Shown here in pieces: positions 41,042 to 54,800 of a DNA stretch of 64,000 nucleotides. The stretch is from Octopus sinensis (lineage: Eukaryota). Both the position numbers and the translations under genes were made by a program. The stretch's first letter is position 1. Each line of letters opens with the position of its first letter. The notes below the pieces were generated by a model. That model was not told the origin of the DNA and ran no database searches. It was given only the letters and a program-made list of their open reading frames with translations. The stretch spans positions 6,820,001 through 6,884,000 of the forward strand of contig NC_043009.1 of the NCBI RefSeq assembly GCF_006345805.1. Reading direction: 5' to 3'.

Positions 41042-42259
41042 TATCCGTAATAATGAAGGGTGAAATTAATTAATTTGGAAAAATTATCAATTACACCAAG
41101 TAGTCTTCGGCATGTAAAAGCCTCATTCGAGGAAAATTTAAGTAATACTAAGCAATAAGGGTTTAGCAACGAGTTGCCTTACCACATACCGATTTAGAAA
41201 TAGCAGTCAAAGGGTTATAGCTATTTCTTCTACTAAAAAGGGAGATCTCAGTAAAAACAGCATTTGGAAGGCAGACACAAACAGGTAAGAGAGAATGAAT
41301 TGACTGCAATCTATCATACATTTTTTTAGTTATCCACGGACGTACGTTTCGAAATCAAGTTTTTAGGAAAGCATAAGAATTAAATATTAAATATTAAATA
41401 ATTCTATCTATTAATTATTTAATATTTAATATTTATCTTATGCTTTCTAAAAACTTGATTTCGAAACGTGCGTCCGTGGATAACTAAAAAAATGTATGAT
41501 AGATTGCAGTCAATTCATTCTCTCTTACCTGTTTGTGGTCTGCCTTCCAAATGCTGTTTTTACTGAGATCTCCCTTTTTAGTAGAAGAAATAGCTATAAC
41601 CCTTTGACTGCTATTTCTAAATTCGGTATGTGGTAAGGCAACTCGTTGCTAAACCCTTATTGCTTAGTATTACTTAAAGTTTCCTCGAATGAGGCTTTTA
41701 CATGCCGAAGACTACTTGGTGTAATTGATAATTTTTCCAAATTAATTAATTTCACCCTTCATTATTACGGATAACCATATTTTATCTCAGTAGATGACCA
41801 CAGCATCTTGTTTTGGCTACACGCGGGTGGGAAGGGGCTGTTGACACAATCGTTTCATTCACAAATTGAATTCGGTGATACCAGTGCGGATTCTAGCTCG
41901 CTCTGATACTGAGTTGAGTTGGTGCCTTCTGGTATCTCAAAATTCAATATATAATCATTTATGATTATAGTATTCTACGCTGAAGAGAAAAGAAGTTTCG
42001 GTAAGATAGAATTATTTAATATTAATATTTATTCTTATGCTTTCCTAAAAACTTGATTTCGAAACGTACGTCCGTGGATAACTAAAAAAATGTATGATAG
42101 ATTGCAGTCAATTCATTCTCTCTTACCTGTTTGTGTCTGCCTTCCAATGCTGTTTTTACTGAGATCTCCCTTTTTAGTAGAAGAAATAGCTATAACCCTT
42201 GACTGCTATTTCTAAATTCGGTATGTGGTAAGGCAACTCGTTGCTAAACCCTTATTGCT

Positions 42260-42262
<3 letters not shown>
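41042..42262 (+). mobile_element. Non-coding HHR-bearing retroelement (retrozyme/Penelope-like): inverted arm plus ~1.5 direct repeats of a 598-nt unit, flanked by (TA)n
   Basis: ~360-bp inverted arms spanning 41042-41773; 41413-41665 repeated at ~42010-42262; GAAACGT(A/G)CGTC at 41463 and 42061. Confidence 0.75.
41974..42078 (+). ncRNA. Type I hammerhead ribozyme with extended stem II
   Basis: Stem I TCTACG/CGTGGA; core CTGAAGA (41980-41986); stem II GAAAAGAAGTTT...AAACTTGATTTC; GAAA (42061-42064); palindromic stem III ACGTACGT; predicted cleavage after GUC at 42072. Confidence 0.7.
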
Positions 42263-42305
<43 letters not shown>

Positions 42306-43468
42306 TATATATATATATATATATACACAACTGAAAGAGTTTCTAATAGTTTCATGCTTCTATGATATCTGATCAGACATATATAATGCATAAACAGAGC
42401 CTGAAATATAGCTTTACGATATATGGGGTATTTTATAAATATACCCGTTCAAGTATCATAAAGGCATGAAATTATTTGTGGCTGCTTCGGTTGCGTATTT
42501 ACATCGATATATGCGTGTCTGTGTGCCTGTGTGCCTGTGTCCCCGTAATATAGAGGTACGTCCAAATCGATTTATAGAAAGTTATGTAACTTGATTAAGT
42601 AACATAAATATTCATGTCAATTTCATCGACTAAACTAGTGATGGTGCTGCCCCAGCATGGCAACACTCCAGTGACTGATAGAAGTTAAAAAGAAGAAGAA
42701 GAAGAAAAGAAACACTAGTTAGATGAATATCGGGAAAAAATATTTTAGTCTTTATCTAAATAAATAATGTTTTCTGTGTGTCGTTAATTAATTCCAAGCT
42801 TCAGGAAAATTACAAACAAAAATTTGTCCATAATATCTTAGCATTTATGGCTTCTTCGGTTCTTGGGAAATGAAAAGGTCAACTTAACATTACCCACGGA
42901 TTGAATCGATGGATCGATAAGATGTATAGATTTGATTGATGAGATGGATTAGTTAGACACTATAACTGCGCAATAACAATTTATTATTCGAAATTATCGA
43001 ATTATCAAATGAAATCTTAGTGTTGTCGTTGTTGTTGCCGTTGTTGTTGTTGTTGTTGTTATTCTTTCTATTTGTTGTACTCAAGTTAACGTTAGAATTT
43101 ACGCGGAGAGCAATTAAAAAATCTAATTAGAAAAATAATATGGAACGTGCAATAGAAAATGGCTGTCGATGACTAATATTATTTTAATAGCTTCATGTTA
43201 ACATCGATGTAGTGTATTCCAAGCATGACCATCTTATTTTCCAGAAACTACGATATCCATTATGTTACTTCTTGTTTTACAAAATAGTATCTGATAAAAT
43301 ATAGAGCTGGTTGCTAATTTTAGCTGGTTCAACGACTGGAATTTGACCCATCTCATAGTTTCATACATATTATTCATAATGCAGTTCCGGCTCCTCCTTT
43401 GGCCATACCATTCATAATATTGCGAAGATTTTCACCCATTTCATACATTAATATTATCTATAAGTAAA

Positions 43469-43655
43469 AGCGGGGAGCTGGCAGAATCGTGAGGCACGCC
43501 GGGCAAAAAACCTTAACGGCATTTCATCTGTCTTTATATTCTGAATTCAAATTACGCCGAGGTAGATTTGCATTTCATCCTCTCAGTTTGAGCACTTTCA
43601 TCGATTTATCTCCTTCCCCGAAATTGCTGTCCTTGTGCCAAGATTTGAAACCAAT
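43469..43655 (+). mobile_element. SINE family A copy, tail type Y
   Basis: GCGGGGAGCTGGCAGAATCG...GAATTCAAATTACGCCGAGG. Confidence 0.75.
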
Positions 43656-44039
43656 GTTTTTTATTAGTGACGATGAAATTTTTACAAGAATATTATAAAA
43701 CCTGACCACACGTGAAATTATGTTCATTTCGGGAATGTTTTTTGTTGTTGCTGTGCCCAAATACACAAACACTCACAAGTATAACTCCAGCCAGTACTTC
43801 TGGAAATGTGCATTGTATTGGTTACATCTTACGAGGAGTGAATATTCGGGCACATGTGATAAAAGAACTTGATTGTTCAGATATAGGAGTAACAAGACAA
43901 CTAGCAGTAAATTTCTGGACGTATTTCTATTCATGTTGGAAGTTGTTTGATCCTAGCGTCGTTCCTAGAACGCTAACGTGCAGACTTCACTGATCGGATA
44001 CTCGGTCAGACAAACTCATTATTTACTTCTGCCAGTTTA

Positions 44040-44165
44040 GTGGACAGGAAGAACGTGTAGTGAAGTTATCTGCTCTAGGGCACAACTTGTCTCCCAGATC
44101 AGGAATCGACCTCAGGTCCTTATCATGTCCAATTTGTTCTAAAGGCTCGGCTACGCAACCTCTCC
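44040..44165 (-). mobile_element. Diverged family C-like SINE fragment
   Basis: Reverse complement gives GTAGCCGAGCC...GGTCGATTCC tRNA-like head. Confidence 0.45.
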
Positions 44166-44399
44166 AAGAGTAAACGTAATAGGCGAATATATGCACACGA
44201 TCACATATAGTGTAAGGAATTAAACATGTACACACTTAAACTGTAATGAAATACACACTTCACACGGGTGCAAATTCATACACATGCGCATACACGCACA
44301 ATCACATGTATGCACACACACGTATATATACACAAACCATTTCGAAAAGCCACAAATACCAGAACTGTCATAACTAAAAGAATAGAGTTTAGGCAATTT

Positions 44400-44880
44400 G
44401 CTAGAGACTGGCATGAATTTTGCAAAAGAAAGAGAAAACTTAAATGAATCTCAGAGATTTAATATCCTTAGGTATATACAAACGATGCCACAGAAATGTT
44501 TTGTATTAAACGGAAGATCGTAGGAATGGAATAGATGCAGTCAAATGTAAAACATCTTCAACAAACTCGCATATCAGCTGCCTAAAATGCAACACTCTGA
44601 CATGAAAAAGAATACCAGACTGGCACATGGACCTCTTATGAAATATAAGAACCCTAAGGAAAAATTACCCTAAAAGACTGCATATATACACATCTCACCA
44701 TTGTTTTAAATCAAAAAACCGAACAAATTCATAACATGGATAAAGCTATCGCCACGGACAAAAATTATAGATGTGGTAGTAGCATCAAGAGTAAATAAGG
44801 TATTTGGATATACAGCCGTGACCACACAGTGTAGAGTATTCAGATTTTTAAATCGTGTTCCATCGTGTCCTTAGCTATCA
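44400..44880 (+). mobile_element. Possible degraded Penelope-like GIY-YIG remnant
   Basis: KCKTSSTNSHISCLKCN resembles C.S.N..Y.I.C..C of Penelope endonucleases; heavily broken. Confidence 0.3.
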
Positions 44881-45623
44881 TGATGGCTAAAAGGAATTAA
44901 AGTAGTAAAGAGCTAAAAGCTTAAGAGTTATCATTTTACCTTTAATGTAAGTATTGATTTCATTTCATTCAATCACCAAGCGGACAATCGTGTAGGACAT
45001 TTTTTTTTAAACGATATAGCTGAACAATGGCTGATATAAATACGCAGTCGAAATTATATCTATTCTCAATATAAATTCACAGCACATATTTTTGTAAGGT
45101 TAAATGTCTTTTAGGTGTCAACATCCGTCTTTATTTGAAAGTTTTCATTGATGTCTATATTTTTATTTCTTTTTTTTATGGTTGGAATATCATTGGAATT
45201 ACTAAGACTACATCGAAAGATCACACAAGTTGCAAATTGTGGTGAAATTTCTCAAGAAAACGAAATTTCTCCACATACTACAAATAGCTGATGTTGCTTT
45301 CAAATTATATCGGCACAAGTTGTTTATACTCTCTCTCTCTCTGAATGATAAGAATTTTTCCACTATAGTAAATTTCTAAAGTTTATATGGATATGCCGAT
45401 ATTCTTAAATCTAGTATGCTTTTAACAGAAATGGCTATGGTATATTTTCAAGCCGTCTCAATTATCTGACACAACCGTTAGCTCTCATAACTGATGTGTA
45501 ATAACATTTTTACAAAACTTTACTTATATCAGCGAATTTTACTTCCTACTAAGATAAATGTCGATAAATGTTCGCATTCAAAGATGCAGTAAACTGGCAG
45601 AAAGCGTGTACAAGTAGCAGGAT

Positions 45624-46140
<517 letters not shown>

Positions 46141-46524
46141 ATACAAATATACTCTAAATATCATCTATTGTGATTTACACTACAACTCAAGGAATCGCTC
46201 CACATTTTATTCAGTGAGTGACTTTCTTCTAAGTTGTCCATGCCTGGCAACAAGTATTACAATTGTTTCAATAATTCTTGCACTGCTTCAAGAATAAAGA
46301 TATATCACGAATCTCTTGTGATATGAAAGTTATAAACGCGTCCATGAAGATGACATAATACGGCTATTGCGGGCTAGAACGAACCCTACAATGCAAGCAT
46401 GGGGATAACAACACAGTAAAGACTGTTGAAACTGAGATGGAAATTGAATGCTAGCACGAGAAAAATGAATCAAGTGTTCGTGCACAATTAAGGATATAAA
46501 CAATGTAACAGACAGCCAGTGCCG

Positions 46525-47205
46525 TCAAATTCCGCTGAGGTCGACTTTACTTTTCATCCTTTCGGGATCGATTAAATAAGTACCAGTTACGCACTGGGGT
46601 CGATATAATCGACTTAATCCGTTTGTCTGTCCTTGTTTGTCCCCTTGTGGGAAGAAAAGAAATAGGTATTTCGCCTGCCGTTACATTCTGAGTTCAAGTT
46701 CCGCCGAGGTCCACTTTACTTTTCATCCTTTCAGGGTCGATTAAATAAGTACCAGTTACGCACTGGGGTCGATATAATCGACTTAATCTGTTTGTCTCTC
46801 CTTGTTTGTCATCTCTGTGTTTAGCCCCTTGTGGGTAGTAAAGAAATAGGTATTTCTCCTGCCGTTACGTTCTGAGTTCAAATTCCGTCGAGGTCGACTT
46901 TACTTTTCATCCTTTCAGGGTCGATTAAAAAAGTATCAGTTACGTACTGGGGTCGATATAATCGACTTAATCCGTTTGTCTGTCCTTGTTTATCATCTCT
47001 GTGTTTAGCCCCTTGTGGGTAGTAAAGAAATGGGTATTTCGCCTGCCGTTACGTTCTGAGTTCAAATTCCGCCGAGGTCGACTTTGCTTTCATCTTTTCG
47101 GTGTCAATAAATTAAGTACCAGGGAAACACTGGGATCGATGGTATCGACTAGTCCTATACCACCGCCAATTTTGAGGCCTCGTGCCTATAGGAGAAAATA
47201 TTATT
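46525..47205 (+). repeat. Tandem array of 184-bp SINE family A units
   Basis: GGTATTTC unit starts at 46665, 46849, 47033 plus a partial first unit; last unit ends in an alternative tail. Confidence 0.9.
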
Positions 47206-47429
47206 AGTTTAGGATATAAAGAAGCTTTCTGGCAGAAACGTTACAAAATAAGTATAGCGGCTTTTTTTCCCGTCTTTTTTCAAATTTGCTCTTATCCGTT
47301 CGAGGTCGATAAAGTAAGTATTAATTAATCACTAATATGAATGTAATCAATTAGCCGAAATGAAAAAAAAAATATTTGTTTCTATCACAAATCGGGAAAC
47401 TGGTAGAATTGTTTGCACCGAGAAAAAAA

Positions 47430-47682
47430 AAAGGGAATGGTCCACAGCGAGCCATAGGCTCATATATCCAATTTCCCGGATTCTGTGACGTATTTATTCT
47501 CTCCAACTAGACGGAACACCGGGCCGTCGAAGGACCAATCATTTTTTGTCAAATGAATAAGCAGAGCAACCTGAATTGAGGTGTTTTGCTCAAGAACATA
47601 ATACATCGTCTAGTTCAGGTACCGAACTTACAATCTTATGATTATGGGTGCAACAGCCTAAGCATAAAGCCATGCGCCGCCA
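47430..47682 (-). mobile_element. Diverged family C-like SINE
   Basis: TTTTGCTCAAGAACA...AAGCCATGCGCC is the reverse complement of the family C head. Confidence 0.6.
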
Positions 47683-47969
47683 CAATTGCAGACGAAATTT
47701 ACCGTTATACATGTCTGCATAATATGCAGTTGTATAAGTACTAGTCAGCGAGATGTGCTAGATGAACTTATATCTAGAATTGGGCGCTCATTCAGTAAAG
47801 CATCGCTAACTATTTTTAGATTGTGTGTGTGTGTATAAGCTTAACGTTCTTCTCCCCCTGTTTATAAGTTGTTTATAATTTTTACCTTAAAGGTATTTTA
47901 ATATGCTGCGACTTTTTTGATGAAATTGTTTTCTGTACAAAAAACTTCATCCTATATTAGTAGTATATA

Positions 47970-48008
<39 letters not shown>

Positions 48009-48013
<5 letters not shown>

Positions 48014-48189
48014 AAAAAAGCAACAAGAATGGATCAATATTTCGGTACCGAAATACTGATCCATTCTTGTTGCTTTTTTCTTATTTATAATCACCCCGCA
48101 TTATCTTATGGTTAACACCATATAGATTTCTGGTGCATCTAAGTTAAGTACCGCATTCATGTGAATTCAACAGAACTCACTTGCTTTTA

Positions 48190-48192
<3 letters not shown>
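48009..48192 (+). mobile_element. (TA)n-embedded element end beginning with a 76-bp palindrome
   Basis: 48009-48084 is self-complementary (one mismatch) around GGT|ACC; (TA)n on both sides. Confidence 0.7.
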
Positions 48193-48251
<59 letters not shown>

Positions 48252-48984
48252 GAAGAAAGTTTAAAATGCGTATAGTAAATGCACAAACTACAAAGAGACA
48301 CAGAATGGCAAGAGAAAAAAAATATGGCAAACGTACAGACGAACGAAAAACGGACACAGAAGGCCGACAGCTCCTTATCATCTATCGGCAATTTCGTGCC
48401 CTTCACGATAATATTGCTTTGCATAAGTATGAATGTAAGTGTGTATATATATGTGTATGTGTGTGTGTGTGTGTGTGCGTGTGTGTGTTTTTGGTGTGTG
48501 TGTGTGGTAGGTGTCATCGATGACGGACCAGTTAGTCTCTCAAGTATTTGAGAGAAACAATACTCTGCAGAGAGAATGGAAATATAAATAATCATACAGT
48601 GTTCAAATCTGATATTGGCCAATATTTGTAGAAGCATAAATAATGCTAATAAATAACATTTATGATATCTGAGGTGGTTGAAATACCTCAATTAAAGGGA
48701 TAGTTTCGAGAGGCTAGACTAATTAAACTACAGCTTCTAAACAAGCGAAACGGTGAAGAATATTAAAGTCGTTGTTTTCGAGGTTAAAAATTCGGTAGAA
48801 TATTATGTGACGGAACTATTATCTGATACGAAAGATTGATAAATCTCGAAGCAAGATTCACGTTTAATATATCAGCGATTTCGTTCTTAATGACCATAAC
48901 TAGGCGATTCAACTTCCTGCTTCTTATCGGCGTCATAGACTGTTAGCGGAGATATTTATTATGAAGTCTTTAAAAAGAAATGCT

Positions 48985-49082
48985 TCAGAAAACCGGATAA
49001 ATTGATTTGCATAAATTAACGCATTCGAACTTGATGGCAAGGATGCGTTAATTTATGCAAATGGGTTTACCCAATTTTCTTC
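48985..49082. repeat. Inverted repeat with perfect 20-bp core arms containing octamer motifs
   Basis: ATTTGCATAAATTAACGCAT (49005-49024) / ATGCGTTAATTTATGCAAAT (49043-49062). Confidence 0.8.
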
Positions 49083-49446
49083 TTAGTAACTTCTTAAGAG
49101 TGAATTTATAAACAATAACTCTATGGGCGATTAAGGAGACTACTCCGTCCCTTATCACATCACAAATGAATCAATTAAAACTGGGATGAATGCGTCTGTA
49201 TGTGTGTGAATGTATGAGTATGTACGTGCATATGTATATGTGTGTGTACATATAAACATGTATGTATGTATATGCATATGTCTGTCTGTATATATATATA
49301 TATATATACAGAGTCACACAGACAGAGAAGGGATAGGGAAATAAAGGAGAGAGAACTGGAGATTAAGAGACGCATACGTACATACGTACATACGTACATA
49401 CATACATACATACACACACAAATATTTATACATACATATGTAAATA

Positions 49447-49606
49447 CATGGTTGTGTGGTAAGAAGCTTGCTTCTCAACCGTATGATTCCGGGTTCAGTC
49501 CCACTGCGTGGCATCTTGAGCAAGTATTTTTCTACTATAGCTTCGGCTCGACCGAAGCCTTGTGAGTGAATTTGGTACACGGAAACTGGAAAAAGCCCGT
49601 CGTATG

Positions 49607-49651
<45 letters not shown>

Positions 49652-49880
49652 GTGTATATGTTTGTGTGTGTGTTTTATGTCTGTGTTTCTTTCTCCTCCC
49701 CACCAATTGACAACCCATGTTGGTGTGTTTACGTCCCCGTAACTAAGCAGTTCGGCAAAAGAGACCGATAGTGCCAGGGCTTACAAAGAATAAGTCCTTG
49801 GGTTGATTTCCTCGACTAAAAACCAAGCAGTGCTCCAGCATGGCAGCAGACAAATGACTGAAAGCATAAAATAATAAAAG
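49447..49880 (+). mobile_element. SINE family B copy
   Basis: Full body with internal (CA)(TA)(TG) tract. Confidence 0.9.
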
Positions 49881-50876
49881 ATGTATGCATGCATGTATTT
49901 ATGTACGATATGTACGGATCACCGATGAATGAATCAAGACTGTAGCCAACACGTGACTAAACTTCCTTTGTAAGATCACCTTAGCGTATATGAATTCACG
50001 GAAGAAGACGACCGATTGGTGAATTAGTTACAACCAGATGAAGTATTAAATTGGTGATAGATTCTCTTAGCCTAAGTGTATGAGAACGTTTTAAGAGAAT
50101 TTATTATAAATGTAGGACACATCATTGCTAAATTGGTATTTATAGATTAACACGGCAGCCCTTAATCTTCTTACCTCTCTTTTCCCCCTAATTTCCCGCT
50201 TTTTGTCTTCCTCTTTTTTTTTTTCACAGAGAAATTCATTCTTTAGGCATTCTGGCCTTAACAAGAATTCCTGCTTGTCACATCAAACAAGAACAACTCG
50301 CCTGCTTTTAAAGATGTCGAGAATTCTCTTGAGGATACGAGTAAATTGCTACTCTCATCAATAAGTTTCCCTTATTTTATTTGTCTCTCTCTCTCCATCT
50401 CTCTCCCTCTCTCTCTCTCTCTCAGTCTCCCTATCTCAGTGTCTTATTTTATCTGTATCTCACAATACATTCCACACTTTTCCATAACCATTCTTTTCCT
50501 TTACCCTTCTATCCTATATGTGACTCCCGATTTCCCTCTGCACTTTCATATTTCGCTAAATTCTATTCCCTCTCATCTTCCGCACTTCTTTCGCTGTTTG
50601 TTTTGTTCCCTTCTTCCTTTCGTCTTTAATTACTCACAATTTATAATCTCTATAATATACCGTTATAGTCACCCCACCCCCAGTACTCTTCGTCACTATA
50701 GTTAAACAACTTTTATTCAATTCCCCTTTAGACTCTTTTTTCTTCTCTATGTCCTACATTCCGTCTCTTTATTGCTTGTCTCTTCTATAGCTCTACAACA
50801 TCCGTTTCCGGAAACTCGATTCATTTCCCTTCACGCTTCCAACGATTCTCTCATTCTTTTTCTCTCCGTCACTCTC

Positions 50877-50912
<36 letters not shown>

Positions 50913-51387
50913 ACACCAATATCACCCACACAGAAACCCACACAGATACAGATCGTCACAAACACGTACAAACACTCTCTGGAGTAACATTCGCAGTTCC
51001 ATGACTTTTCCCATTTTAATATCATTTCCACGTCCCTGTATGTCCTCCAGTGCTTTCGTCTCCTATTGAAGGCCCATCCAGCATCCAGACATAACATTTC
51101 TCAACAGTCACCTTAGCTGCATATCTTCTTTATCAGAATTTGCGTTCCTCAATTCTGAAAATCTTCTATTTCTCCATCTCTTTAGCTTTTGCAAACACTC
51201 ATCCGAATGCTGTCTCTTACTTTCTACTTGCCTTCATATATATATATATATATAATAGATAGATAGATAGATATAGATATAGTATAGATAGATAGATAGA
51301 TAGATAGATAATATAGATAGATATAGATATCATACTACATCTATATCATATATATATTATATATATATGTATATTTATATATATGTA

Positions 51388-51432
<45 letters not shown>

Positions 51433-51811
51433 CCATATATATTATATAATATATACATATATATATATATAATATATATACACACACGCACATACGTATG
51501 TGTGGGTGTGTGTGTGTTTCTGTGTGTCTGCTATGTCATAACTTCGATTTCTTAACATGTCTGTAACACTCGCTGTTCCGGACACATATTTATAACTCTA
51601 TCCCTTCATTCTCTTTCTATCTCTTCCCTCACCTCTTTGTCTTTTTAACCTCATTCTTTATTCTTCCTGTGTCATTCTGTATATTAGTTCCTTCCTTTAC
51701 CGTGTCCTCTCTTTTATACCACTCACCAGCTAACATGCATTCATACATACACACATACATACATACATACATACATACAATACATAATACATACATACAT
51801 ACATACATATA

Positions 51812-52012
51812 TCTTTACTGCCCAGAAGGAGCTAAACATAGAGGGGACAAAGAAGGACAGACAAAGGGATTAAGTCGATTCCATCGACCCCTGTGCGAAA
51901 CTGCTACTTTATTTATCGACCCCGAAAGGATGAAACGCAAAGTTTGAACTCAGAACGTAACGATAACGAAATACCGTTAAGCATTTCGCCCGGCGCGCTA
52001 ACGTTTCTACCA
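51812..52012 (-). mobile_element. SINE family A copy, tail type X
   Basis: Similar to 5514-5747, with an internal deletion. Confidence 0.8.
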
Positions 52013-52804
52013 CGTAAGTTGGAGTCCGAAACGGCTGTAAACGCACGCTGTGTATAATATCTGTATGCCTACATACCCGTATAAACATATGTGTATGTCT
52101 GTGTGCGTGTATATGCTTGTGCCTAGGTGTATTTGTGTTTGTGTGTGTGTGTGAATGTGTGTTGTCATTACATTTCATTTACAGCTTGACGTGGAGGGTA
52201 CACATCGTTTCTACTCCGAATATCTCGACATTATTTTCCATTCCTTAAGATCACAAAAACACAGCGCATGCGCACCTGCATGTGCCTACTCGGACCCTCA
52301 CAATCACTAATAAACACATTTCTATCTATGACTGTTGCTGTTACATGGAGTCTTTCTTTCTCCTTATCTTCATCTTTCCTTCCTTTCACGTTTCTAAGTC
52401 ATAACATCCATTTCTACTTTCTCTACAATATTTTTCTTTCTTCCCAATTTGATTATCTCCCTTCGCTATGTTACTCTTTTTTTTCTCTCTTATTCAACTC
52501 TGGCTATATTTCATAACCGCTCTATTTCAATCTGTCTGTCTGTCTATTAGTCCTTTCTACGCATGTCTCTGATATTTATATTTAAGTTTCATTTTCTGTG
52601 CCTCTATTCTTTTCTGTCTATATCTCTATTTAAACTAACTTCTTGCACTACTTTATTTTATACACACACACACACACATACATACAAACACACACAACTG
52701 CGCACTCACAACACGCGTATATATACATACACATAGATATTGACATATTTATATGTGTGGGTGTGCGCGCATAAATAGATGCATACGTACACATAGATAT
52801 GCAC

Positions 52805-52839
<35 letters not shown>

Positions 52840-52853
52840 CACACATACTATAG

Positions 52854-52894
<41 letters not shown>

Positions 52895-53329
52895 GTTTAC
52901 GTTCTTTCTTCATTGAATCTCGAAATGTCTACAAAAGATTAAAATAAAATAAAATAAATAAATAAATAATATTCCTATCCTGAAGACATCAACTTCTCAA
53001 ATCAGAACATTTGACAAGGCTCTATGCTTTCTTCCCACCGACCCCCCACTCTCTCTCTCTCTGTCTCTCTCTCCCTCTCTCTTTCTCTTCCCCCCCTCCC
53101 GCTCTCTGTCTTTTCACTCCACACACTTTCATAATAATAAGACAGGAGAAAGACTGGTCGGATCAGTCCTAACATTTTTCAATCCCTTGATTTCCTTAGA
53201 GAAATAATCTCACATACATTGTCTTTAATGCTTATTTTTAGTTTGGAATTCTTCAGATTTGATCCTCACAACATTTTCCCCTCTTCATGCATAAATCCAT
53301 ACATCAACATATCTAACATCCTAATCACG

Positions 53330-53334
53330 ATATA

Positions 53335-53366
<32 letters not shown>

Positions 53367-53396
53367 GATATTATACATATATATATATATATATAT

Positions 53397-53442
<46 letters not shown>

Positions 53443-53940
53443 GTGTATGTATGTATATTATATGTTGTTGTCTTCGTTCTTGGAATATGTTTCCGTTTTC
53501 ACTTTTATCATATTTTATTCATGCTCGTTCTGTTTTTTTACCTCCTTCTCATATTTTCTTCAATTTTTACCTTCACTACTCAATCATCTTTCATTCTTTT
53601 TTTTGTTGTTATTTATTTATGTATTTATTTATTTATTTGTACCCTTTTATAAAGCGTACGCGAAGATTTCAGCCTTATATAAACAGTCTTTCATTTAGAT
53701 ATTTCAGATATATAAAACGAAACGCAAATCATATACATATGCATACGACAAAATCATATAATATACACACACCACACTTAGACACACACTCATACACTCA
53801 TATATTATATATATTATATATATTATATATATATATCTATATATATTATATATATATGCTCGCATACATCGTACATACACACATATTAAAGCATTATCTC
53901 TCTATCTACCTATCTATCTCCCTCTATCTCATTATATATG

Positions 53941-53979
<39 letters not shown>

Positions 53980-54155
53980 TGTGTGTGTCTGTGTATGGTA
54001 TATATGTTCACATTTACTAATATATTAATTAGTAAATATGTACATATGTATGACTGCATATATGTATGTAAATTTCCTTGCATTATATGCCATTAACCAT
54101 TACATACATGCGCACACACATACACACAAACACACAACATACACACACACACCAC

Positions 54156-54203
<48 letters not shown>

Positions 54204-54569
54204 AAGTGTATAGAAATATACAAGTATATATATACATATACATTATATACACGTTATATTATATAACATAATATCTCTCTCTCTCTCTGTATATATATAT
54301 GTGGTATAGGCACATGCGCTTAGTCAGGCATTTGGTATCGGCATATATGTTGTACATTTATAAGCAATGTGTGTCCATATGTATGAATTGTACACAAGTT
54401 TTGCATTAAATATCTTTATAAACACTCATGCACACATGTATAGATATACACATATATTATCTATATCCGTGTATATATATATACATACATAAATATACAT
54501 ACATGCATATATATACATACATATATATATACATATATAAATATATATACATACACTCATATATATATA

Positions 54570-54608
<39 letters not shown>

Positions 54609-54706
54609 TTATATATATTTACATACATATACATACGTATATACATATATATATATATACATACATACATATATACATACATACATATATACATACATAT
54701 ATACAT

Positions 54707-54744
<38 letters not shown>

Positions 54745-54745
54745 C

Positions 54746-54792
<47 letters not shown>

Positions 54793-54800
54793 TTAAGTGT
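53330..54800. repeat. Region dominated by (TA)n/(CA)n/(TG)n microsatellites
   Basis: Direct reading. Confidence 0.85.
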
